Shown here piece by piece: positions 25,151 through 32,000 of a DNA stretch of 32,000 nucleotides (position 1 is the first letter of the stretch; each line of letters opens with the position of its first letter). The notes beneath the pieces are model-generated. The model was not told where the DNA came from. It made no database searches and worked only from the letters and a program-made list of their open reading frames with translations. This DNA comes from Desulfocapsa sulfexigens DSM 10523 (GTDB lineage: Bacteria; Desulfobacterota; Desulfobulbia; Desulfobulbales; Desulfocapsaceae): NCBI RefSeq assembly GCF_000341395.1, contig NC_020304.1, positions 3,600,001 through 3,632,000 on the forward strand, written 5' to 3'. A program made the position numbers and the translations under genes.

Positions 25151-25885
25151 ATGCGATTATTAGTACTGTTTTTTCTGCTAATTCCAACACTGGTTACAGC
25201 TGCCGAGCCGATGCACTTTGTCTACTACGACAACTATCGTCCCCGCTCATGGAATGATAACGGCACAATGCACGGCATTCTGGTAGATATTGTGGAGGAA
25301 GCAGTTGGGAAACGTTTGGGTATTCCCGTTACCCATACTGGCTACCCATGGAAACGAGCACAACTGATGGTAAAGGAAGGGATTGCAGATGCATTTATTA
25401 CCATGCCTACCGCAGAGCGTCGGACCTACACTGTAATTGGAGTAGAACCTGTAATAGAATTTGCGTTACGCATTGTCACTCAGAAAGACAATCCGAAAAT
25501 CAAGGAGATGGAGTTGATCACCTCCATTGAGCAATTAAAAGAGTATGAAGTCACCGATTATCTTGGTAACGGGTGGGCTGAGCGAAACCTGAAAGAGGTT
25601 ACTGTCCAATGGTTACCTGAAATTGACAAAATATTTCCCTTCCTGGTTGAAAAGCGGGCTGACCTTATCGTGGCTTCAAAACGAACCGCCTATGACATGA
25701 AACGCCTGGGCTATGAATCCCAACTCACGATTCTTCCCAACAAGCTGTCCTCAGTATCTTTTTATTTGTGTGTGGGGAAAAATTCTCCCTACAAAGACAG
25801 ATTAAATGATTTCGACCGAATCCTTAAAGAAATGCACGAAGACGGGACAATAGATCGTATCGAAGAATCCTACTATCGTGACTGA
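25151..25885 (+). CDS. Orphan periplasmic substrate-binding protein, family 3 (SBP_bac_3 type)
   Basis: 244 aa with signal peptide MRLLVLFFLLIPTLVTAAEP and the SBP_bac_3-like YPWKRAQLMVKEGIADAF. A GGAGAAG Shine-Dalgarno is present. No adjacent permease or ATPase gene. Confidence 0.8.
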   Translation: MRLLVLFFLLIPTLVTAAEPMHFVYYDNYRPRSWNDNGTMHGILVDIVEEAVGKRLGIPVTHTGYPWKRAQLMVKEGIADAFITMPTAERRTYTVIGVEPVIEFALRIVTQKDNPKIKEMELITSIEQLKEYEVTDYLGNGWAERNLKEVTVQWLPEIDKIFPFLVEKRADLIVASKRTAYDMKRLGYESQLTILPNKLSSVSFYLCVGKNSPYKDRLNDFDRILKEMHEDGTIDRIEESYYRD

Positions 25886-25994
25886 GAGCTCGCGACAGGG
25901 ACGGAAGATAAAAATACTCTCTCCTCAACAAAACCGTATTCATTCTTTTTCCTGATTACCATCGAAACTCAGCTTTGCAACCCGGAGTTGTTCC

Positions 25995-26079
25995 GTGTCG
26001 ATTATATGGGACGCCATAAACCCATCCATGGGGGCTCTGCTGCGGCCGTCCAGGCCGCAGATGCCCATATAATCAACAC
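25995..26079. repeat. Compound inverted repeat: a 16-bp outer stem enclosing an 8-bp GC-rich inner hairpin
   Basis: The outer arms are GTGTCGATTATATGGG (25995..26010) and CCCATATAATCAACAC (26064..26079), 15/16 complementary. The inner hairpin is ctgcggcc-gtcca-ggccgcag (26040..26060). It lies in the convergent intergenic region between the SBP and FAH genes. Confidence 0.6.
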
Positions 26080-26080
26080 G

Positions 26081-26113
26081 AAAAAACTCCTCCTCAGGCG
26101 GGTAGGCTGAGGA
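26081..26113 (-). terminator. Rho-independent terminator of the FAH gene
   Basis: Immediately after the stop, the minus strand reads UCCUCAG-ccuacccgc-CUGAGGA-ggag-UUUUUU. Confidence 0.5.
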
Positions 26114-26833
26114 TTAGTGGTAATCAGGTTCTTTTTTAACCGGATTCATCAACGTACCAATATTTTCTATTTCCACCTCAACCTGATCCCCTTCTTTGAT
26201 AGGGCCCACACCACTTGGGGTACCTGTTATAATAATATCCCCGGGCTCCATGGTAAAATTCCGGGAAATAAAGGAGATAAGCTCTGGAATTTTAAAGATC
26301 ATATGTCTGGTATTTGACTCCTGTACAAGCTTACCATTAAGACGGCACCGGATATCAAGGCACTGGGGGTCTCCTATTTCTTCCGGCGGGACAATAACCG
26401 GACCAATGGGACCAAATGTGTCCAGAGACTTCCCCCGAAACCATCCTGACTTATCAGTACGCTGCAGGTTTCTCTGACTGATATCGTTAAAACAGGTAAA
26501 GCCCATAACATGTTCCAGTGCTTCATTTGGATCAATATTTTTAATCCGGTTTTTGATAATGATGGCAAGTTCCGCCTCATAATCAGTACGGCACTCTTCA
26601 AAACCATAGTCACCGAGGAAAGATGGGAGAATAATCGGCTCTCCCGGGCCAATCAAAACATTAGGAGTTTTGGAAAAAAGCACTGGCTCTGCTGGTATCT
26701 CATCGGTAAAATTCTGCACATTTACTGATTTACTTTCCCTGATATGCTCAAGATAATTCAGTCCAAGAGCAATGATTTTACTTGGCCGGATTTCAACAGG
26801 TTCACCGCTTGTGGTTGGTAAAAATAAAGACAT
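26114..26833 (-). CDS. Fumarylacetoacetate hydrolase (FAH) family protein
   Basis: 239 aa. KIIALGLNY, EAELAIIIK, FNDISQRNLQ, GKSLDTFGPIGP and PGDIIITGTPSGVGP are FAH-fold signatures. Confidence 0.88.
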   Translation of the reverse strand: MSLFLPTTSGEPVEIRPSKIIALGLNYLEHIRESKSVNVQNFTDEIPAEPVLFSKTPNVLIGPGEPIILPSFLGDYGFEECRTDYEAELAIIIKNRIKNIDPNEALEHVMGFTCFNDISQRNLQRTDKSGWFRGKSLDTFGPIGPVIVPPEEIGDPQCLDIRCRLNGKLVQESNTRHMIFKIPELISFISRNFTMEPGDIIITGTPSGVGPIKEGDQVEVEIENIGTLMNPVKKEPDYH

Positions 26834-26893
26834 GGCAAGATCCTATACGTTTTCAAAGAAATAATTAAGCGCTGCGGTTCTCTGCTGTCACTC

Positions 26894-28507
26894 TCACATA
26901 ACATTTAAAAAGAACAGATTCAGGCAGCCAATCAGAAAACCAAGTAATGCACCGAACAAATTAATATACTTGAACTGTTCTTCCATAATTGAGAGCAGAA
27001 GTCGTTCCAGGCGAATAAGATCCAGCGAATTCACCTTTTCTCTTACGATCTGTTGAATGTTTAACGACTCCACCAGCCCAGGAACTTCAACGGCAAGCAT
27101 ATTCGATGACATTTGGCGCAATGATTCATAAATTCCCTCTCTGACCCCGGCTGGAAGAAGTCTCGACACTTTACCAACAGGATGCTCAAGCAGACTTGTG
27201 AGTAAACTCTCAACCATCGAGTCCAGAGTCTTTCGTGTTTTCCTGGCTTTAAGAAGGGCAAAAACTTCCTGATTCAGCCACTCTCTTCCACGATTAAGGC
27301 CATCTTCTCCCAATAAATCAAATAGAATCTCACCAAGTGGAAGCTTACCACCATCGATATGCGTTTCCACGTTATCACGAATCATGGAGGCGAATGCATT
27401 GGTGGTTTCAGGTTCCTGGATCAAAGAAGTCAACTGCTGGCTCAGATTCGAACAAAAACCTTCCACCAGTTCATCGTGGCCATCCCCAACCATTTTGACA
27501 AGAGGAGTTTCAAGCATTGCGGTACTGCGTTCACGAAGAGCTGTGGCAACACGCCCCTGCACTTCTTCATTCTGGAGCCAGTTGACAATATCTTCCTCCT
27601 TTTCCTCCAGATATGCTCTCACCTTACTTTCTACAACGTCAGGTGTCAGAAAGCCGCTGGCCAGTGCTGCCATAGGCCCCATTCCCTGGATAAAGGAATC
27701 GACGCCCATACGTACACCCTTCACAATTCGATTCCTGATATCAGGTTCAGAAATAATATCTGCAAGTTTTGCCAGTAAAATCGGGGTCTGACTCTCGATA
27801 CTGGTGATGATCAATTCCTGCATGGAACCGGGAAGAATATCCTTTAAACTCTTTTCCTGTTGCAGAGCAGCATATACCTTTTGCTGAACAAAGCTTTCCA
27901 CCCATTCGGACATCGCAGGACTGGCAAACATCCTGGCAAGACTTTTTTCCAGGAATCTGTATGCGTTCTCTCTGTCATCCCCTGGAAGAAAAGTCTGAAG
28001 ATCTGTGGCCAGCAATCGATCAAACTGCTCATCTATGGATTCTTCCAGTATCTTTGAGAAAGACTCTGAATCAAGGAAAGAATGAATGGCTTTCTGAGAC
28101 TGATCCGTAATTGCATGGACGGCCACCTGATAATAGGTCTGGTATTTTCCGGGTATTACTTCACGGATTGGACCAAAATCCTTTTGCAACAGTACCTCTC
28201 CCCTGCTTTTAATGAGCTCATATAAGGTTTTCTGAAAACTCTCCTTTTCCAGTGCCCGACTGATTTCCTCACTGGTCAGCAAATGGCTCCCAACCATCTC
28301 TCCGATATTTTTCGCAAGATCCTCCCGTTTCGAGGGAATGACTCCTGGCGTCATGGGAATACGAATGCCAAACAGATGTTTTGCGGTAAGTGGTCGAAAC
28401 AGCATCTTGATCGCAACTTTATTAGTAAGATAACCGATAAAGGCACCAATAACAGGTGGTGCACCATATTGCAGGACAGGAGCTAAATCAGAAGGATTAA
28501 ATGGCAT
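26894..28507 (-). CDS. DUF445-family membrane-associated protein, function unknown
   Basis: 537 aa with the N-terminal GAFIGYLTNKVAIKMLFRPL and a C-terminal hydrophobic anchor (INLFGALLGFLIGCLNLFFL), characteristic of DUF445/YheB-like proteins. It overlaps the HAD gene by 11 nt. Confidence 0.75.
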   Translation of the reverse strand: MPFNPSDLAPVLQYGAPPVIGAFIGYLTNKVAIKMLFRPLTAKHLFGIRIPMTPGVIPSKREDLAKNIGEMVGSHLLTSEEISRALEKESFQKTLYELIKSRGEVLLQKDFGPIREVIPGKYQTYYQVAVHAITDQSQKAIHSFLDSESFSKILEESIDEQFDRLLATDLQTFLPGDDRENAYRFLEKSLARMFASPAMSEWVESFVQQKVYAALQQEKSLKDILPGSMQELIITSIESQTPILLAKLADIISEPDIRNRIVKGVRMGVDSFIQGMGPMAALASGFLTPDVVESKVRAYLEEKEEDIVNWLQNEEVQGRVATALRERSTAMLETPLVKMVGDGHDELVEGFCSNLSQQLTSLIQEPETTNAFASMIRDNVETHIDGGKLPLGEILFDLLGEDGLNRGREWLNQEVFALLKARKTRKTLDSMVESLLTSLLEHPVGKVSRLLPAGVREGIYESLRQMSSNMLAVEVPGLVESLNIQQIVREKVNSLDLIRLERLLLSIMEEQFKYINLFGALLGFLIGCLNLFFLNVM

Positions 28508-29150
28508 ATGTTACTACCTCTGCTGGAGTTCTCACAATCTTCCAGGCATTATTATTTTCAAGTTCCGTACGATCCCGAAAACCCCATTCGACACCGATAG
28601 TTCTCATTCCAGCACCGTTACCGGTCTGCATATCCGTCGCAGTATCTCCCACATACAGTATATCAGCAACGGCAACTCCCATTTTTTCTGCAATCTCAAG
28701 AGCCCCTGCCGGATTGGGTTTTTTGGCAACACCATCCCGCTGCCCAAAGACAAATGCAAATGGCTGCTCGGGGAAAAATGTCTCCACGCATAGTTGTGTA
28801 AAGAGATGAGGCTTATTGGACAACACGGCAAGCTGCAGTCCGGCAGCTGATAAGGAAGCTATCATCTCAAATATCCCCTCATACAATCTGGTGTTCACAT
28901 TCCAGGTATTTGTATAAATCTCGCCAAACTTGACCATATATTCATTGAGCTGTTCATCCGTTGCATTAGAGCCGGGAACAATCCGCTGCATCAGTGTTCT
29001 CAATCCTTCGCCGACAAAATAACGATAGGCATCCACGGGGTGAGCTGGAAAACCGAAGTTCTCAAGGGTTGCATTCGCCGCCATTGCCAAGTCATCGAGT
29101 GTATCAAGCAGTGTTCCATCAAGATCAAATATCAGACCTCTGCATTTCAT
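28497..29150 (-). CDS. HAD-IA family hydrolase (phosphoglycolate phosphatase-like)
   Basis: 217 aa with motif I LIFDLDGTLLDT, motif II LSNK, and motif III KKPNP...YVGDTATD. Confidence 0.85.
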   Translation of the reverse strand: MKCRGLIFDLDGTLLDTLDDLAMAANATLENFGFPAHPVDAYRYFVGEGLRTLMQRIVPGSNATDEQLNEYMVKFGEIYTNTWNVNTRLYEGIFEMIASLSAAGLQLAVLSNKPHLFTQLCVETFFPEQPFAFVFGQRDGVAKKPNPAGALEIAEKMGVAVADILYVGDTATDMQTGNGAGMRTIGVEWGFRDRTELENNNAWKIVRTPAEVVTYAI

Positions 29151-29343
29151 TTTCTATCCTCTTTTGTTGTATCTATAATACGATAGGTCTTTTTATATTT
29201 TCTCCGCAACAATAGCAGTTGTAAAATTATCGTACAACTCAAATTAAGGGCTATTTTTTTTTGCTCAAGTCTTTTAGTATTATTAGATATTGGTTCCTTA
29301 AACCTTTTTTAACCTATACTCATAACTGAAACGGTTCAATATT

Positions 29344-29982
29344 ATGTGGTTTATACATTTTATAAAATCCTCCATCGGTAAAAAATGGATTATGGCTGTC
29401 TCCGGTTGCTGCCTCATTCTTTTTCTTTGCTCCCATGCTGCCGGAAATGCCACTCTTTTTTCCTCCGTTGCACTTTTTCAGGCTTACGCAGACCAACTGC
29501 ATAGCCACCCTTTGATTGTTTCTGTCTTCAGCAAGGGCTTATTTCTGGTTTTTGCAATCCATATAATCACAGGATCTTTACTATTCCTGCAGAACCGGAA
29601 AGCCAGGAGTCAGGGCTACAAAGTTCAGACCAGAGCGGTTAAAAATTCACAGGCATCCAGTACCATGATTTACAGTGGGCTTTTCATTCTGCTTTTCGCA
29701 CTTGTTCACACTTCTGCTGTTTCTTTTGGAGATCATGGAACAATTGGCAATACCATTGCCGACCTGTTCAGCTCCTTCTTTATATCAATGTTCTATATCA
29801 TTGCCTTTATCGCACTGGCCGTTCATCTGAGCCATGGATTCTGGTCAATGTTGCAGACATTTGGCGTTAATCATCCCACATACAACGGACTCATAAGCCG
29901 TCTGACCTATGTGGTTCCAATATTTTTTCTTCTCATATTCAGTGCCATCCCCCTTCTTTTTCTTTTTGGCACAGGAAAATAA
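29344..29982 (+). CDS. sdhC: Succinate dehydrogenase/fumarate reductase cytochrome b subunit (type B, b558 family)
   Basis: 212 aa with about 5 hydrophobic segments and an SSIGKKWIMAVSG N-terminus. Conserved His residues sit in helices (CSHAAGN, AIHIITG, LVHTS, AVHLSHGFWS). It lies directly upstream of sdhA. Confidence 0.85.
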   Translation: MWFIHFIKSSIGKKWIMAVSGCCLILFLCSHAAGNATLFSSVALFQAYADQLHSHPLIVSVFSKGLFLVFAIHIITGSLLFLQNRKARSQGYKVQTRAVKNSQASSTMIYSGLFILLFALVHTSAVSFGDHGTIGNTIADLFSSFFISMFYIIAFIALAVHLSHGFWSMLQTFGVNHPTYNGLISRLTYVVPIFFLLIFSAIPLLFLFGTGK

Positions 29983-30003
29983 ACACGCAACAGGTAATTT
30001 CTT

Positions 30004-31932
30004 ATGGAACTCAACGCCAACATCCCCTCCGGCCCCTTAGCTGAAAAATGGGACAACCATCGTTTTTCCTCAAAACTTGTCAATCCTGCCAATCGCAGGA
30101 AGTATAGAATTATCGTTGTGGGGACAGGCCTTGCCGGGGCCTCAGCTTCAGCAACTCTAGCAGAACAGGGCTATGAAGTGAGTACCTTCTGTATCCAGGA
30201 CAGCCCGAGACGTGCCCACTCCATTGCGGCCCAGGGCGGCATTAATGCCGCCAAGAACTACCAGAATGATGGTGATTCCATTCAACGCCTCTTCTACGAT
30301 ACCATTAAAGGTGGAGATTTCAGATCCCGTGAAGCCAATGTGTACAGGCTGGCTCAGGTCAGTAATAACATCATTGATCAGTGTGTTGCTCAGGGAGTTC
30401 CTTTTGCCCGGGAATACGGCGGGACTCTCGCCAACAGGTCGTTTGGAGGGGCACAGGTTTCACGAACCTTTTATGCACGCGGCCAGACCGGCCAGCAGCT
30501 TCTGCTTGGTGCCTATTCAGCACTTTCCCGGCAGATAAAAAATGGCAAGGTTACCATGCACACCCGACAGGAGATGATGGATCTGGTTCTTGTTGATGGC
30601 AAAGCGCGTGGTATCGTCACACGTGACATCATCAGTGGCAAACTTTCAAGCCATTCAGCAGATGCTGTAATCCTTGCCACTGGAGGGTACGGTAACGCCT
30701 ATTTTCTTTCCACCAATGCCATGGCTTCGAACGTGACAGCTGCATGGCGAGCACATAAGAAGGGTGCCGGTTTTGCCAACCCCTGTTTTGTCCAGATCCA
30801 CCCAACCTGCATTCCGGTTCATGGCCACTTTCAATCGAAACTGACCCTAATGAGTGAAAGTCTTCGCAATGACGGTCGTGTCTGGGTTCCTAAGAAACCC
30901 GGAGATAGCAGAAGACCTGGATCAATACCGGAGGAAGAACGCGACTACTATCTTGAAAGCAAGTATCCGAGTTTTGGAAATCTTGTTCCGCGTGACGTTG
31001 CTTCGAGAAACGCAAAAGAACAGTGCGACGAAGGAAAAGGTGTCGGTACAACCAACCTTGCTGTTTACCTCGATTTTGCTGAGGCTATCCAGCGTGACGG
31101 AAAAGCCACCATCCTTAAGAAATATGGCAACCTTTTCCAGATGTATGAAAAGATCACAGCCTCTAACCCACTGCATGAGCCCATGATGATCTACCCCGCT
31201 GTTCATTACACCATGGGTGGGTTGTGGGTCGACTACAATCTGATGACCACCATCCCTGGGTTGTTCGCCATCGGGGAATGTAATTTTTCCGATCATGGTG
31301 CAAATCGCCTTGGTGCCAGTGCCCTGATGCAGGGCTTAGCCGATGGTTATTTTATTGTTGGAACTTGTATTGCAAATTATCTTGGTTCCAACCCTCTCGC
31401 TACGGTGGAAGCCTCTGAACAGCCATTTACTGAGGCACTGAAACAGGTTCAAGCCAACATCGCCAGGCTCCTGAAAAGCAGTGAAGGTGGCCCGGAAGGA
31501 AAACTAACCGTCGATGAAATTCATAAGGAGCTTGGACTTCTTCTCTGGGATCATTGCGGCATGGCCAGAAATAAGGAAGGTCTGGAAAAAGCGCTCAAAG
31601 AACTGCCTCTCATACAGAAAAAATTTTGGGATACCGTGTATATTCCTGGTACCGGTGAAGAACTCAATCAATCTCTTGAACGCGCCGGGCGACTTGCAGA
31701 TTTTCTGGAATTTGCCGAAATTATGATTCGCGATGCACTGGCTCGTGAAGAATCCTGTGGCTGTCACCTCCGTGAAGAGAGCCAGACTGAAGAAAATGAG
31801 GCAAAACGTGATGATGCCGGATACAGTCATGTTTCAGTGTGGGAACATATGGGGGATGGTGAAGAACCGACTCTCCATAAAGAAGACCTGATTTTTGAAA
31901 ACGTTACTCCAAGCCAGCGAAGTTATAAATAA
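30004..31932 (+). CDS. sdhA: Succinate dehydrogenase/fumarate reductase flavoprotein subunit
   Basis: 642 aa with the FAD-binding motif [27 protein letters not shown] (covalent-FAD His), [16 protein letters not shown] and [10 protein letters not shown]. Confidence 0.95.
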   Translation: MELNANIPSGPLAEKWDNHRFSSKLVNPANRRKYRIIVVGTGLAGASASATLAEQGYEVSTFCIQDSPRRAHSIAAQGGINAAKNYQNDGDSIQRLFYDTIKGGDFRSREANVYRLAQVSNNIIDQCVAQGVPFAREYGGTLANRSFGGAQVSRTFYARGQTGQQLLLGAYSALSRQIKNGKVTMHTRQEMMDLVLVDGKARGIVTRDIISGKLSSHSADAVILATGGYGNAYFLSTNAMASNVTAAWRAHKKGAGFANPCFVQIHPTCIPVHGHFQSKLTLMSESLRNDGRVWVPKKPGDSRRPGSIPEEERDYYLESKYPSFGNLVPRDVASRNAKEQCDEGKGVGTTNLAVYLDFAEAIQRDGKATILKKYGNLFQMYEKITASNPLHEPMMIYPAVHYTMGGLWVDYNLMTTIPGLFAIGECNFSDHGANRLGASALMQGLADGYFIVGTCIANYLGSNPLATVEASEQPFTEALKQVQANIARLLKSSEGGPEGKLTVDEIHKELGLLLWDHCGMARNKEGLEKALKELPLIQKKFWDTVYIPGTGEELNQSLERAGRLADFLEFAEIMIRDALAREESCGCHLREESQTEENEAKRDDAGYSHVSVWEHMGDGEEPTLHKEDLIFENVTPSQRSYK

Positions 31933-31944
31933 TAGAGAATTATT

Positions 31945-32000
31945 ATGTCCATAGATACCATAGACCTCAGCCTTGAAATCTGGCGCCAGAAAGACTCCAA
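31945..32000 (+). CDS. sdhB: Succinate dehydrogenase/fumarate reductase iron-sulfur subunit, first ~18 codons only
   Basis: The ATG at 31945 lies 12 nt after the sdhA stop. MSIDTIDLSLEIWRQKDS fits the usual SdhB opening (...L.I.R.). The call rests mostly on operon position. Confidence 0.6.
   Translation, partial: MSIDTIDLSLEIWRQKDS

Noticed and set aside
25940-26068. 42-aa minus-strand ORF (MGICGLDGRSRAPMDGFMASHIIDTEQLRVAKLSFDGNQEKE) overlapping the compound inverted repeat
   Set aside because: It starts inside the palindromic element just after a terminator, has no Shine-Dalgarno, and its sequence is dictated by the repeat. It would only be worth revisiting if the repeat proves multi-copy with the ORF conserved.
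29217-29239. 7-bp inverted repeat AGTTGTA-N9-TACAACT between the divergent HAD and sdhC genes
   Set aside because: The repeat is real but short. It could be an operator, but chance occurrence in an AT-rich intergenic region is plausible and nothing else supports it.
1-32000. CRISPR arrays, tRNA/rRNA genes, IS elements, integrases, toxin-antitoxin or known defence-system genes
   Set aside because: I saw no spaced direct repeats, no tRNA T-arm-type motifs in intergenic regions, and no transposase or integrase ORFs. All long ORFs are accounted for by metabolic, transport or signalling families.

Overview
This is a chromosomal, mostly housekeeping window. Its gene content suggests a strictly anaerobic Gram-negative of Desulfobacterota/deltaproteobacterial type: class-I Hcp, anaerobic cbi genes, type-B SdhCAB/FrdCAB and a sigma-54-type promoter. 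It looks moderately AT-rich by eye, and the taxonomy is inference only.

Gene order:
- lpxB (partial, found by my own translation) <- Gfo/Idh/MocA <- livF, livG, livM, livH, livJ
- lpxK -> lpxC ->
- <- PAS-GAF-PAS-PAS-GGDEF-EAL <- yjbQ
- AT-rich non-coding island with an orphan 57-aa HTH ORF
- <- fused hisHF <- fmdE-like
- <- cobO <- cbiF <- cbiET <- cbiD <- tandem-domain RNase H
- SAM-MTase ->
- hcp -> small siroheme/[4Fe-4S] reductase-like -> Cys-rich protein -> orphan SBP ->
- <- FAH <- DUF445 <- HAD
- sdhC -> sdhA -> sdhB (partial)

I found no rRNA, tRNA, CRISPR array, intact IS/transposase/integrase or recognisable defence system, and I cannot point to one clear-cut new system.

The most noteworthy observations, all needing database checks, are:
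1. A direct duplication of about 100 bp of the yjbQ 3' end brackets the GGDEF-EAL gene, like an insertion scar.
2. An hcp module has textbook class-II CRP/FNR promoter geometry and is followed by a mini sulfite/nitrite-reductase-like gene and an overlapping Cys-rich gene.
3. An RNase HI carries a second, catalytically dead RNase H domain.
4. A near-consensus sigma-54 -24/-12 element and an upstream 16-bp palindrome precede lpxC.
5. A eukaryote-style fused HisHF is co-transcribed with an FmdE-like zinc protein.
6. A Gfo/Idh/MocA gene abuts lpxB stop-to-start.

The ORF track uses alternative start codons, so several starts were re-assigned to downstream ATGs that have Shine-Dalgarno sequences.
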